Source of the DNA: the human T2T-CHM13v2.0 reference genome, Homo sapiens
Assembly: GCF_009914755.1 (NCBI RefSeq)
Contig: NC_060926.1
Strand: one strand, 5' to 3'
DNA: 64,000 bases
A model generated the notes under the pieces. The model was not told where the DNA came from, did not search any database, and was given only the letters and a program-made list of their open reading frames with translations. The translations under genes were made by a program, and so were the position numbers. The first letter of the stretch is position 1, and each line of letters begins with the position of its first letter. This document shows, one piece after another, positions 30,719 to 46,663 of this stretch.

Positions 30719-31808
30719 CTAATAAACATAAATAGTCTGGGTCTAAAATTACCAAACATAGGAAAAGTCAAGTTAGCTGTACGGTCTTGACATATGAAAA
30801 TGGTTAAATTCTTGCTCTGGTTTTCATTAGTGGGTAAACAAAATATTGTTAGCTACTTAAGAGGCTGCAGCTTTACTGACTTCCTGGAATGTCTTCACAC
30901 TTCAAGGACAAGATTTTTAAAACAACCCATCCCATGGAGGAAATTTGAATTGTGTTAGCTAAATACTATTGTCCCAAGCAGTTGCTCATAGCTCCCTTGC
31001 CTTTGCATGAAGTCCTACCCACTACTTTCAGTTATCCTCCCTTAGGGAAGGAAATAGAAGCATTTTAATTTCAAACAGCTCTTTCCACATGGTGTCACAT
31101 TTTGCCCAATATCTGGATGAATTAAATATGTGACCAACAATTAACAAAATTAGATTAAACCTAAGTTAAAGTAGACAATAAGGTTAATATCAGCTAGTTG
31201 ATTTGAGAATACAGACTCTGTAGTGGACCTCACTTCTTTTCTGGTTTGGAAAGAAGGTGTCATAAGCTAAGATATTCAAGTTTGCCAGAAAGTTTCAGCT
31301 GGAGATAAGCATTGTAGCCTAGACATCAGGAAGTATGATTCAGCCATATCTCATACTACCCATAAACTAAATTTAGATGTGTTTGCCGGCAGCCCAGTGA
31401 CAGATATCTGGGCCAAGAGGCAGAAGTCATTGTAAAAAGCTTTGTCCTGGCACTTGCACCTCTCCCTCCTGGAGCTGTTGGGGCACTGGGGCACAGAGGG
31501 TATGAAGGACACCAGTTGGCCCAGTCCCTTCGACTTTCCAAGCCTGTAGGTCTTGTCCTCATCCCAGCACCATTGGTTAGGAATAAGCTCCTTAAATTGG
31601 CAATTTCTTGCTACTTCTTTTTAATAGATCAGCTTTTTAAAAAAACATATATTCCATGTAAAAATTTAAAAAACATGATTTTAGGAGGAAACGAGGTGAA
31701 TAAATGGAAAGTTGTTAGACACTTCATATCCCTCATCACTTTATATGCTATAGCCAAGAAAATCTTCAAGATGAGTCTTGTTATTCCCAGTCCCTCTCTT
31801 TTTTTCTA

Positions 31809-31810
<2 letters not shown>

Positions 31811-31839
<29 letters not shown>

Positions 31840-32124
31840 CTGGAGACAGAGTCTGGCTGTGTCGCTCAGGCTGGAGTACAGTGGTAGGATCTTGGTTCAC
31901 TGCAACCTCCGCCTCCTGGGTTCAAGCAATTCTCGTGCCTCAGCCTCCTGAGTATCTGGGATTACAGGCGTGCATTATCATGCCTGGCTAATTTAGTTAT
32001 TTTTTGTAGAGACGGAGTTTTGCCATGTTGGCTAGGCTGGTCTCGAACTCCAGATCTCAAGTGATCTGCCCTCCTTGGCCTCCCAAAGTGCTAGGATTAC
32101 AGGCATAAGCCACTGTGCCCGGCC
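31811..32124 (-). mobile_element. Alu (AluS-type)
   Basis: Long poly(T) then a full reverse dimer ending gcccggcc. Confidence 0.94.
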
Positions 32125-32149
32125 AATCTTTCTTCTATCTTTCTGCACT

Positions 32150-32332
32150 AATATGTGAGTGACTTGTTACATGAGGCTATCTAAATATAAATAAGTTAAA
32201 TTTAAAAATCACTTTCTCAGTCATATTAGCTACATTTCAAGTATTCAATAGCTTGTGTGGCTATTGGCTTACATTTTGGACAGTGCAGATATAGAACAAT
32301 GTTATCTCAGAAAGTTCTAGTGGACAGCTCTC
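32150..32332. mobile_element. MER3-like hAT element
   Basis: agctacatttcaagtattcaatagcttgtgtggcta...ttggacagtgcagatatagaaca...agaaagttctagtggacagc. Confidence 0.7.
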
Positions 32333-32374
32333 CTGGATAGTCACCAACCACTGTCCATTTAAAAGTCTTCTACT

Positions 32375-32675
32375 GGCTGGGTGCGGTGGCTCACACCTGT
32401 AATCCCAGCGCTTTGGGAGGCCGAGGCGGGCGGATCACGAGGTCAGGAGATGGAGACCATCCTGGCTAACACGGTGAAATCCCATCTCTACTAAAAGTAC
32501 AAAAAAATTAGCCGGGGGTCGTGGCGGGTGCCTGTAATCCCAGCTACTCAGGAGGCTGAGGTGGGAGAATGGTGTGAACCAGGGAGGCGGAGCTTGCAGT
32601 GAGCCAAGATCATGCCAGTGCACTCCAGCCTGGCCGACAGAGCAAGACTCCGTCAGAAAAAAAAAAAAAAAAAAA
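32375..32675 (+). mobile_element. AluY with target-site duplication
   Basis: Y diagnostics; aaaagtcttctac at 32361-32373 and 32672-32684. Confidence 0.95.
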
Positions 32676-33188
32676 GTCTTCTACCTTGCTTAAGTCACTC
32701 TAGAGCCACTTTTAATGTCTTCTTTGACCTCTTTGGAACATCAAAATTAGAATCCACTAAAAATTTATTGACAGTCACTAATTCTATATCACATATAGCC
32801 ATTCCCTGGGAAGTAGCAATTACTGTTACATTTCTTATTCTTTTCCTCCTCCTCAAATTTCCAGCTTAGATTAAAAAAAATACCCATTTAATTTTGCCAC
32901 CCAGCTACAACAATGAGCCAGCTAGACTGATAACTTTCTTAGGGTAGAGGATAAAATAAGAAAAAGTAAAAATCTAAAGAAACTTCTCTACCTCATCCCA
33001 CATCTTTAATCTCACCATCCAAATCACCCATTTCAGTTTGATACCTAGGAAGTACATTATTGGGATAAGGAATAAATATATTATATTATATAACATTAAT
33101 AGCCACGTAAATATTATTTGAACATGTTTAAACTAGAAAACGTGTGACATGCTCTAAAAATAGAATTTTTTAATCCAATTTTTTGTAC

Positions 33189-33247
33189 CTTGATTCAAAT
33201 GTTTCTCTTCATCCGCTTCTTGTTTGGCTTTACTGTATTTACTCCGT
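33189..33247 (-). CDS. EPHA4: EPHA4 coding exon (exon 9, 59 nt), juxtamembrane
   Basis: Acceptor ttaatag|ACGGAG, donor ATCAAG|gtac; encodes [19 protein letters not shown]. Too short for the ORF track; phases fit both neighbours. Confidence 0.95.
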
Positions 33248-34869
33248 CTATTAAAATTTTTTTAAAAAAGAGAATTATTTTCCTCAAACACCTAAGCTTT
33301 AACACATGCCATAAGACAAATTCTTTGCTACTGTAAGTCAGGCAGGTATGCTATGTACATTTCAGAGATGAGAAAACTGAGACTTACAAGAGATGAAATA
33401 CTTGTCACCTGGGTAGTGAGTCATGGTTTTAAGCTCAAGCAGTCACAGACACCTCTGAACCACAATTTTAAACTGAGGTGTCTTACAATAGGTTAAAGCA
33501 AATATTTTATAATATAATTATAATTTAAAATCTCTCAGAGAAAATTTATCTTATTGAAGATAAGTTTATTGGCTATTTTTCCATTTATATAAATATACAT
33601 GTGTATATATATGTACATGTGTGTATATGTATATATACATTCTAAATTAAATTTCCATGAGTAATTCTGTGTAAATCAAATGGCAGTAATGTTCAGTATG
33701 TGATAGGTAATAGTAAATATTATTGCTATAACCAGATAACTACTACCACAAAACTTCATTATCATATTACATGATACTCTTGAAACAATACTTTTGCGGT
33801 CACTGGTTTCAGTTGCTGCATACAAATTCCCAACTTATTAACAAAATGTTTAAAAGTAAGTATTTGCTTTGTACTGAATTATGTTCCCTAATTTGTAAAA
33901 AAATGAGCAAGGGTAAAAATGAGCTTTGTTTTGCTTTGCCTAATTCACTTTCAGTAAAATGGTGCATTGTCTTAAACCTGGCATTCTGCTCCTACAACTT
34001 TTAATAGCCTAAATTTGGCTTTGTTATAAAGCTTTGTGGATTAGAAATCTTCAGTACACATAAATATTCAATCAGAAATGTATATATCTCTCTTATACAA
34101 ACTGGAAAATCAACTCAAGCCTTGCAAATCAAAAATCTTGAATATATATACATAGTGAGTCAGGAGAATATATATCACTTAAAGGAATCAGAAAGTCAAC
34201 TCCGTTGATATCACAGCTGTCTAAAGCTTGGGAAGTTGAGACCAAATTAGTAAATAAAATGTATACATTTATGTTTCTGTCAGAAAGGTACAATTTACAC
34301 TGGAATTTACATTCTATGTTTTCTTAGAGCTTCAAAGACAAGGTAAGGCAAGACTCTTACAGAAAAAGAAACACGGTCTGAGATAAGTAAAAATTCCCGC
34401 AAAGCCAGGTGTCTTGGCAGTGTGGTCCTGTCAAAATCCTATACCCTGAACTCTTAAACTTTGAACAGGTAGAAAGGCAGATGATTACGAAAAAGAGAGA
34501 ATAACAGAGAACCTAAAGGAGCCAGGCAGTGCAACCAGAGAGGCAGCGGATCCCGGTCACATGCTCCAACCTTCCCTCCCACATTCCTCTCCTAATTGTC
34601 AGCAGCGCAAGAACCAGCTCAGCAATCAGACCCTCAGAGCCTACAGATGTTTCTCCGTGGGGATAATTCCCTGGCAAATAATAAAACCTTGCACTTTTAC
34701 ACTGCATTTAACTTTTCAAAGTGCTCTCATCTCATATATTATCTCCTCCCCTAACTGTTTGCAAAGCAGGAACCAACTTAGCAAAACAGAGACCCCAATG
34801 ACTACAGCTAACTGTGAAGTACAGTATTTCAGTCCCAAATCATAAGCTTGCATTTTCCTTTGCATTTAA

Positions 34870-35211
<342 letters not shown>

Positions 35212-37245
35212 AGAATCTATTATTTAATTGCATCTTCATGACAACCCTTTGAAAGCAACCAGGCAGACACACATGCTCAGATTCCCTGTAGATGAGGACA
35301 TGGAGCTGGGGTGGGGTGGGGGGTGGGGAGCAAGAGGATCACCACGTGCTCTCCTAGCAAGTACAGGACTTTGTGAAAGCCCTGATCCAGCCCACGACTT
35401 CATAGAGCCTCTCTTACTGGAGATTAGTTACATAAGGATACCTGGTGAGAGTTAATTATAAGTAGTATTACGTTTTATATCAGTACATTCACTTAAAGTG
35501 AATTCAATTGCTCTTAAAATCCATTGCTTCATTGAAGTAACTAAACAGGTTTAAATACCCTGAAGCCAAACAACTTTCTATAAAAGATGAAGTCTCCTCC
35601 AATCTTCTTCCTCTCCCTCCACCCCCGTCCTTTCCCTTCTTTTAAAGGAATATAAGAGTGTTAGGTCAGGGACTACTAAAATAACATTTTATGTCAGGAA
35701 AATGCCATCGATTGGTCCCAAGGGAGTGATAGGGTCCTGCCAGCCTGAAACATTGTGTCTTATCAGAGCTCCTAAAAGCATTATCTAAAATTACTAGTAT
35801 CTCTTTTAAACCACTTAAGATCTCGAACACTGATTTGAATTTCTTTCCTTTGAAGAAGGAAAAACAAATGCATAGAGTGAGAAAGCTTTGGTACCAACTT
35901 AAAATTGTCAATGAAACAAAAACCTGGAATATACCATAGAAACCCATGGCCTGAAGCTGCCCGGGAAAGCGTTTATCTGTTTTACATCAAGCACATTCAT
36001 TAAATATGTGCAAAGCCAGAGGAAATACAAAATGACAGGGGTCATTAATTATAAGGTTGACACGCCCATCCCTTCCTCAGACTTCTAAACATAGAAGGAG
36101 GAATTAAATTAGTGGTGAAGGTGTGTTTTTAAATGAGATTTTTTTACGTGGAGTGTTATTTGGAGGAGAGGACCCTTAAGACTGCAGGAAATGGCTGAAA
36201 AAAAACCACAAGGATTACTGTTGAAAGGCTAATAGTAGTCTGTTTGCTTTTTAGAAATACCTGGAAAACAAAAATGCCTGTGTCCTGTTCTACCTTTAAC
36301 ACCTGATGGCCCTTTTGCCTTGGCTCAGTGTAGGACAGTGTGGCCCATTATCATCCCAGGAAAGAAAGCCCATTGAAGTTCACCACTGGGGCAGCCAGCC
36401 TGCAGGAAGCCACACTGCCTGAAGAAGTCCTAACTCAAAACTGACATCTCAGGCTGATCACTTGAATGACAGAAGGAAAACTTTGTTGAAGGTTTTCTAA
36501 TTACAGAGATGTGGACAAGCTGATTAAAACTGGGAAGGAGTGGAGTGTTTTGTTAGTGAATGCTCCAGAAGGAAACATGGACCCTTTCAGCCGCAGGAGT
36601 TGGAGAAAAGAGCCCACATTGCAGGTGAAACTTTGAAAGAGTGTGAACTAAGCCCTCCTGCAGTCCAAGGGACATGGTAATAAGGGTATTAGCAGACATT
36701 GTTGCAGAACAGCGTGAGCCCTCTCAACCAACGTGCTGTTCCTGGCACCTTGACTATTCAATATAACAAACAAAATAGAGAGGGGGAGCAAGGCAGGGGC
36801 CCAGCATAAACCATGCTTTTACTAAATTACTGACTTTTCTGGTCAAGTGGACAGATTTGATTGATGTGGTTCACTGTTCCAAAACTAATTAGTAAAAGGT
36901 AAGTAATTTATTCAGCTAAAGTGCATATTAAAAATAAAGCAACGTAACTAGCATGGCTCCAGGAGGTCCCTTTCCAGCACTGAACGGCATCACCCATGAA
37001 GATTCACAGCAGCCATTCTTTTTCTCCTTCTTTAAGCTGTCATTATTCTTGCACCGAATGATGTCTAAATGGTGTTCATGAGTAGCATGTTGAAATGGTT
37101 GCACGCAAGTTGTTTAGAAATGTTCCCGAGGTATCATCTGCCCCCACTTGTGTGAATTTACATGACTTCATCAGAGCTGAATTAGGCTAACATTTAAGTG
37201 TTTTCATTTTCACATGATTGTAATATTCCAGGGAAGGAAATTAGG

Positions 37246-37356
37246 GCCCAGGCGGACCACCTGAGGTCAGGGGTTCGCGACCAGCCTGGCCAACATGGTG
37301 AAACCCCATCTCTATTAAAAATACAAAAATTAACCAGGTGTGGTAGCACAGGCTGA
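37246..37356 (+). mobile_element. Internal Alu fragment
   Basis: cacctgaggtcagg...ctggccaacatggtgaaacccc...aatacaaaaatta; truncated at both ends. Confidence 0.85.
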
Positions 37357-38001
37357 ACCATAACTGTTTCAGCATTGTGTGAACTCTTAGCTCCAAAGTG
37401 GAATATCTTAACCTTCAATAGGAGGAGAAAATTAACTTGCAAACTCTGACTTTATATTGTGCAACAGATTTGCATATTAATTCACAGATTACAAATCTTA
37501 CCAACATCACTAGCAGAGTCTTGAAGCTTTGGTTCCATAGAACTGCCAATGTCAGCTTTTTTATGTAGGTCAACTTTGTCAGTTAAGAAGATATTAAAAT
37601 AATATATCTATCCCAGTATTGGAAGTCAGGAGAGCTGAATTCCTGTCCTGATCAGCAACTAACTCACCATGTGACCTTCGTTTATTTGTTTAATCTCTTT
37701 AGGCCTCCAGTACCTAATATATATATATAAATTTTGCCATAACCACTTCATTTTTTTCTTAAAATCAATTCACTTCTTTTTCCTTATCCAGGTAAAAGGG
37801 GTACTTTATAACCCTAACATAAATGGAAACCCACTGTCACTAGCAATCATTAGAAGGTTCGTATAAAAACAGCATGTGCCTGGTTATCAGTAATACTTTC
37901 CCTCACTACCAAGTTATCCTTTAAGAAATAGGGGCTATTCTTGTATTCTAGACTTTTCTTAAAATTGTTTTTCACATTTGAATAATAAAATACTGTTTTG
38001 G

Positions 38002-38300
38002 GGCCGGGTGTGGTAGCTCACGCCTGTAATCCCAGCACTCTGGGAGGCCGAGGTGGGCAGTTCACTTGAGGTCAGGGGTTTGAGACCAGCCTGGCCAACA
38101 TGGTGAAACCCTGTCTCTACTACACATACAAAAATTAGCTGGGTGTGGTAGTACATGCCTGTAATCCCAGCTACTTGTGAGGCTGAGGCATGAGAATCAC
38201 TTGAACCCATGAGGCGGAGGTCTCAGTGAGCTGAGACTGAGTTATTGCATGCCAGCCTGGGCAACAGAGTGAGACTCTGTCTCAATCAATCAATCAATAC
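38002..38300 (+). mobile_element. Alu (AluS-type) with target-site duplication
   Basis: aatactgttttgg at 37989-38001 and 38304-38316; (CAAT)n tail. Confidence 0.94.
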
Positions 38301-40955
38301 GGTAATACTGTTTTGGAAAAAACACTGCCCTAAAATAATCTGAATTAATACTAGTTTGTGATGCTTTTGGAGATAACCTGATGAAATCATTACTATAAAA
38401 GGGAAGAGGGTGTCAGAGAAAATTAGCATAGATTCAGTCATTAGTCTTGGAGGTTATGACCTTATAATTGTATTTTAGGATGTCACTGTGAACAGTCCTT
38501 TTAAAGATCACTTTAAAAAAACAATATAGAAAAGTGGTTATGTTGTGGAGATCACAAATATATAAATATATACATGTGGAAATGTTGATTTGCTGGAGAG
38601 AATGTACAAATAGAGATTTGTTTGTGGTTTGAAATAAAATTTATAGGGACAGCATCATATAGGTACAAGAAGTGTTCTGCCTTAAACTAACCTAGATAAC
38701 AAGTACAATTATGTGCTCTGGAAAGCTGAAAGAATTCTGAAATTATATCTTGAGTGATGAGAAAGACACAGATCAAAGATGCCTACAGAAAATATAAAAT
38801 TAAGTTGCTTAACATAAATGTGGGTGGTAAAAATATACAATTTAGCTAAATCAATGTGCCTAGTATAACATCTCATTTTAGGTATTTTATAAATTTAGTA
38901 GTTTGATTCTTTCACCGCGATCCCGAAATGCTTACATGTTCCATTTGGCCAAAAGAAAAAAGTAGATCTCGCTGAAAAAAGTGTAGATTATTCTGGCTTG
39001 CCTTAGGCTCAGGCTTCTCCCTATAAGCTGCATGTGTACAATGAAATAAATGAAACAATTGCTATAAAAAAAATCTAGCAAGATACCAACTGTGAGCCTG
39101 AGGCTGCTTCCTCTTTCTTAAATGACAAATTAGCACCAAGACAATTTTCTCTCTGAGGTCATCAGAAGGACTGAAACTTTCTCACTACGTGAGTTTCTGT
39201 CCATTGACTTCCTTAGGAATCTTGCATGCCATCAGCAGAGTGGGAGTCAGTTCAAGGGGACCCCCATAAGGGATCTATCTGTAGCATCCATTCCAGCATA
39301 AACATTCAGTGATTCTAAGAAGCACAAAGCAGCCCCATCGTCAAAGGACATGACTCAGATTTCATAGGCTAGGGTGTTTAATCTGTTGCTTTCTCATACT
39401 ACTGGCTGAAGTCTGGCAAGATTATTTCGCCAGTACCATGTACCACCTTTCATTTGTCCTCTCACGAAAAGCCTGGGCCAGCCAGGCTTTCATCCCCACT
39501 ACCTGTCTCCTCTCTGTTCACCTGTTCTTGTCCCATTTAAACATTTATAGTCCAAGATAACAGAGCAGACAACCTGCGTGAGGAGAAGAATTGGCTGAGT
39601 GTGCATGAGCCGCTGCAAGCCTGTCAGCTACCTGGCTCCGGGCGGCCTTTCCCATGACAGCTTTACGGCCGACACTAAAGAAGAATCAATATGAGGGCAA
39701 GGGGTTGACATTTCATTTTCTAAAAAGTGATCCATTGAGGACCAATCACCAAGCACTGTTTATCAGCCTTGGGAAGTGACATTTTTTTTTTTAATGGGGG
39801 AGAAGGGACAGGAATCATCGCTAGGTAACTCGACAGGCTCAATTCTCTAAGGTGGGGACTCATAATTGGAAATCCGATGCATCCTGCTATCAATCCTGCC
39901 TTATATAATAAAGTGATCAATAAAAGCAGAGAGGAAATTAAGTCATCAAGCTTAAGGATGCTATTTTCCGTAGTCACGGCTTTTAATAAACTTGTCTCCC
40001 CGCATTACATTTTCATGTGTTTTTCCTTTCTTTTCATCAAAGCCAATGTTTTAAGCAGAACATCCAAAGGAAACTTACAATGAGGTAACTTATTTCTCAT
40101 TACTCCAGTTTGACTGCTGTATTTAGGGCCACTTATACCAAAAAACAAAAAAGCAAAGTAAATCTAAAGCAAAGCTGGACTACAACTAGAGAATGTTTCC
40201 AGTCAAGTCAAAGAGATGGTCAAGACACAAGGCAAGGCCTACTTTCTGCAGAGAAGTGCTCTGAGCATCCTAGGGTGCTGAATTTTTATCAAATATTTTT
40301 AGAGGTGGAGGTATTTCATGAATTGTATCTGTTTTTAAACCTTTAAACATCTTTATTTTCTAACAACCAAGATTATTTCTGTATACTGTGAACATTTCAG
40401 ACATAGAAATATGTAATTATAAAATCAAAAAAGCACATATAATTCCTATACACTCCCCCACATGCTCCTTGCTTCCCACCATCAGATGGATATTACAGTT
40501 CCCGGTGGTTATATGCACAGCATGCGTACATATACAAAACTAAATGGCAATGTACAAGAAAGAGGGCCATCTTGATTGGCTTTCAAAATCAAATACCAGG
40601 GAAGGAAAGAACAGTGGGAATTCAAAATCTATGCAGGTCAACCTTAAGTTTCCAAAGGTTGAGATATTCTGCTGTTTAGAATATAGAGGGCATGCCAATG
40701 TCTATATGTTTTTGTGTGTCTGTGTATTAAAGAAACAGAAATGAGAATTTATTGTGGATTTAACATCTCAAGATTTGACTCATCACTCTAATCAAACATA
40801 CCTATTCATAGATTGTGCATGAAAAGCAATGAACACGGTGTAAAACAGATGCCTGTACAGAACATGTTTTTCTATACTGTGTTATGTTAGAGTGAACATA
40901 ATTGGTCCCTGTATACCAGGACACTTTAGAGAGTGAGGATGGGAGCATGATATTA

Positions 40956-41278
<323 letters not shown>

Positions 41279-42616
41279 ACATGTACCAACTGGGACCATC
41301 CAGGCAAACTAGATTATATGGTCACCACTCTAATTATAATGTATATCAGAGGAAAGTAAAAGCATAGTGGCTTGCCCAGGCCAGTGGAAATAGCCAAAGG
41401 CATTGCTATGACATTGGTGAGATCATCAGTAGGCAGAGAGGGACAATGCAACAGACACTGGCCTGAGGGCCAAGCACAGCTACTGGTGGGGCCAGAAGCA
41501 GCTCAGCCTACCACTATGGCAATGCGACAAACTTGGGCAAGAATTACTTCTTTCCTAGGACTACTTCCCTCTTCTAGAGAATGAAAAGCTTTACATTTAA
41601 GAGGATCCTTTTGACATCCCCAGGCTTAGCCCTTTTTTTCACCAACAGCCCCATCTTGTGAAACAGTTGATGGTATATGGGGATGCCGATCAGGGAAGAG
41701 GCAGATTCTTACACATCAAAGACAAAGAAGGCCCAGATGTGGGGCACATATCAATGACTACTCCTCTGGAGCCTCTGGGCAGACGATGGGAGTGAGTAAA
41801 TGGAGACAAAAACAGTAAGAAAAACTGGTTCAAAAGAAGATGCTGCCAATCTGTTGTTATTTCTCTCTCCTTTTTAGGTTATTTTTTAAGTATCAAGTCA
41901 GATTGTAAGTACTTAGAGGATAAGGGCTCAGATGTTTCAGGTTCATTTCCAAGACAATGCCATGCCCGAGATTTGCTCAAGGGATAATCTCTAGAAATCC
42001 CTTGATTGTCTGGAAATGCTGATGGCTTTTCCTGGGGGAAGACTGAGTGTGAAGTACCCATTTCTTTGCTTTAGTGACCATTACTGTTAACCAAAATCAT
42101 GCTGAAGCACCTCCTGTGTGCTGTATTATCTATTTTGCGTATCAAAATTCTCCTGTCAATAACCCTTTGAGGCAGATAATAATTATCTCTATTTTACAGA
42201 ATAGAAATAAAGACTCAAAAAGGTTTATGTAGTAGTAGCTGGCAAATGGCAGAGCTCAAAATTGGGGCCCAAGTTTTATAGGGCTTTTTCTTGCCTTTGG
42301 CAGTGAGTCCAGGCTTAAGAGAGGGATAAACGTAACACCTGGCAGCTTAAAGCATCTAGAAATCTCCCACTGGCTTGCTCTTCAGCTTTGTTTCCTACAA
42401 TTAGCTGGGTCCTTCCAGACCTCTCAGCCTGCCACCAGGGTACAGCTAGCAGCTTTGGTAGGGGTGTGGGAAGATCAAAGCAACAAGGAGGAAACTTGGG
42501 ATGCAGATGCCAAGTTTATGACGCAATCAAAAGCCTTAGCTTTGTGTGGAAGAGAAAAAAACCATCATAAACACTGGGAAGGTCGGGGGCTGCACAGTGA
42601 GTGGCTTCAGTGCTTA

Positions 42617-42892
<276 letters not shown>

Positions 42893-43561
42893 CTATCAAA
42901 AACCTGCCTATTTTTGCCTAGTTCAAAAGCCACTTCCTCCTTGTACCCTTGCTGGATAATTTCAAAGGATGTCAATCCCCTTCAGATTCAACTCTACTTT
43001 CTCTTCTGCTTTTCCTTTTATTCTTATTTAATAATTTGTGAACAAAATTTCTTTCTTGAAGTCAAAAATCTATCATCTTTTTATCAAACATGCCCAATTT
43101 GGGTTCATTGATTACCGGGATGGAGGTATCTGACACTAATGCTTGTTCATGGGTAGACCCCTCTTAAGCACTTTAAATTTAGTCAACCAGTCAATCCAAC
43201 TCGCAATGCTTAAAGATTTGATATGTTTGTCCAAAGGGTCTTTAAAAAAAAAAAAAAGCTTATGTAACTTGATTTAAATGATTCTTAAAAATAAGTAGGT
43301 AAAAAATATTTTTGGCGCCTTCTTTAATCTTCTCAGGGAGAAAATTCCCTATATTAATGTAGGGTAGCTATGTAACCCTCAATTTGTCAGTTTAGTAATC
43401 CCATTTTTCATGCTTTCTAGAAGGCTCAAAACAAGAGAAAAATAGGCAACATTTTTCATTCATAGGAAAAGACAAATCAGTATTTCGAAAATGCTTTTCT
43501 CTAAATCACATGAAGTTTTCTAAGTTACAGACATTGGCTAACTTATTTCAAGACATATTCA

Positions 43562-43843
<282 letters not shown>

Positions 43844-44816
43844 CTACATCATGGCAAGATAAAATTGGGGAAGGTGGCAAAATAAATCTCCTGCTTACTT
43901 ACTAGGTGCAATATTAAAGGAGTCAAGCCAGTCAACTCAGAAACTGAAAGTAAATGGAGATGAATAAACTCTCTGGAGCCTGTATTCTCTTGGATGTTAT
44001 AAGTACTATTGTTACTTCTTACTTGTTGAAAGAAATGCAAATTCAGGTATGATTGTTATTGACGCTGACCATATCCAGATCTTTCCTCCTACTCTTTTTT
44101 TTTGAAAGGAACATTAAATGATGGTTGGTGGCTTTTCTAGTTCCATACCCAGCAATTTAAAAGAAATAACTGTGAGAAGGTCCCTTATCTTTTTCTATTT
44201 TCTGTCTAGAAAATGTAAAATGTGTTGTAACATGGTTTCAATGGGAAAATCCTGTCCCTTTTCTACTTTTAATAAGGAAGCCAATAAGTGATTATCTTTA
44301 AAAAGAAAAAGAAGACAACTGTTCATTTTCTAGACAACCTTGAATGCAAATAGCTCTCTTCAAAATTCTGTCCTGTAAGAGAGACAAGTTATTTGTAAAA
44401 ATAATGCCTTTCTATAACTTTAAGAGGCTGAAGAATGTGATTTTCCTTCCCTGACTTTCTATTAAAAGTCATCAAAACCCACATCTTTATTCTGAATAGC
44501 AGTGATCTACTTAAACAGATCATTATTTCAACTGTTATGAGTCACTCTCCCTGATAGAAGGTTCATAGATTAGAACTTCTTAGCTATCTTGATTTCCATT
44601 ACTAGAAAGTAAAGATATAGTTATATTACAATACAATGTATTATCATTATTGTTATTTTCTACTTTTCAGGATAACTAAGTAAATGATAAATTTCATAAT
44701 CATACTTAATTGGGAAGCAAAATGCATTTGATTTGAGGATTCACTGGTATTCCATGACTTACAACTGGCTAACCCTTAAACAGAAGGGAGGGAGCAAAGG
44801 AGGATGGGAAGGAGTC

Positions 44817-44915
44817 GAGGAAAGAAGGAAGAAAAGAAGAGAGGGAGGGAGGGAGGGAAGGAGAAAGGAAAGAAGAAAACAAAGAAGGAAGGAAGGAAGG
44901 AAGAAAGGAAAGGAG
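44817..44915. repeat. Polypurine (GGAA/GGGA) low-complexity tract
   Basis: About 99 nt of purines with a single C (44880). Confidence 0.9.
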
Positions 44916-44924
44916 TGTTGTTCA

Positions 44925-45137
<213 letters not shown>

Positions 45138-46358
45138 TCATCTTATTTAAGAAAAGTGTGAAAGATTGTCTTGTCTCCCCCTTGACCATTTTACTCTTCA
45201 GTATAGAAGCATATCATTTTCATCCTTCTCTCCAGTATATTTTTGCATGTGTTTGTCTTAAAAAGAGAATCTCTGAAGTAAAAGCCTAGTGGGCTCACAG
45301 GCCTGTAGTACCATTTCCACAGCACGTAGAGACATTTCTCATAAAAGGCTGTAGGTACAGAGAAGGCTGTCTGGTTTTTAACCTTTTGTAAGCCATAACA
45401 GCCTTTGGAAGACCTCATTTTAAGCTCAGTAAAGCTACATCTAATCCTACCTCCCAGTATTATGAGTGCCATCTTACTGGACTTTAATTTCATGCAAGCA
45501 AGAGAATGTACAAGTCTTCAATAAGTACTGTAGGGAATGCCAAAAGGGAAACAATTTACATACTTTCCAATATAAATAAAAGTACTGCTTAATCACAGTA
45601 AGAGTTCAGTCTGAACACAACCATGTAAATAGTGAATACAAATCAAGCAGTGCTGGTCTCTCTGAACATGCGTGGCATTTTGCAGCTATTTTACAAGAGC
45701 TGACATGTTGCCTTTGCCTGCTCTTTCCACTGCGAAGGACACAAAGGCAGCCCTCTAGTGGGTGTGTTATGGGGGTGGAAGGAGGGCACACTTTAGATTT
45801 ATACACCCAGGCTGCCCGATGCTCACTTCTCCGCTGCAGTGGTCGCATCTCCAGCCAGCTGTTATCAGGCTCTGCTGACACTGACAATGGCTGGTACCCA
45901 TGCACAATCTCCAGGGAGAAGAGAAAGCATTCATGAAATCCTTAATCTTATCTAACAAAGCTGCCCTGGAGAACCAGAGATTAGGGAGCTTCCTAACTCC
46001 AATGTATATATTCTTTTATTCCCAAACTGGGGAAACAAATGTCAAAAACTGGCCACTGAGGAAGGATAAATTAGTGCTGGGTCATCCTCCTGCCCTTTTG
46101 CAATACATGCGTATGAATGCCAACCCCTAACTCCAAGGAACAAAGATAAAAAGTGAAATACATTGTCACTGAAAATGGTATGGGAAAAGCTTCAAACCTG
46201 CTTGACCATGTCTGACGAGTATACTGATGGCAGGGAAGCCAAGCAGACACACCATAGTCACACAAGGGAGTCTTCCAGCTAAATCCAGTACAGTAGAGAC
46301 TGTCTCCTGGAGGGGGTTATTTGACAGCCCAGCATCTCTGTTAGGGATGGTAACAGGC

Positions 46359-46380
46359 GCGCACACACACACACACACAC
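46359..46380. repeat. (CA)n microsatellite
   Basis: gcgcgcacacacacacacacac. Confidence 0.85.
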
Positions 46381-46622
46381 CCCTCTATTTTTTTTTTCCT
46401 CTCTCTCAGTCCCAAAGCTATTCCAGATTGGATCTCAGGCAAAAACACAAGGGAAAGATACAGTAGATACACATGTCCTCCATCAAAGGCAATCCCAAGG
46501 TTAGTAATACCAACCCCAGTGAACAAAGCTGCATGCGGCAGACATATGGAAGCCACTGAACATCTGAGGAAAATGAAAAACGGAAATGTGCTCATTACAT
46601 TCATTAAGGCCCCCTTCTCCCA

Positions 46623-46663
46623 ACACACACACAGGCACACACACACATACACACACACTCACA
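46623..46663. repeat. Imperfect (CA)n microsatellite
   Basis: acacacacacaggcacacacacacatacacacacactcaca. Confidence 0.85.
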
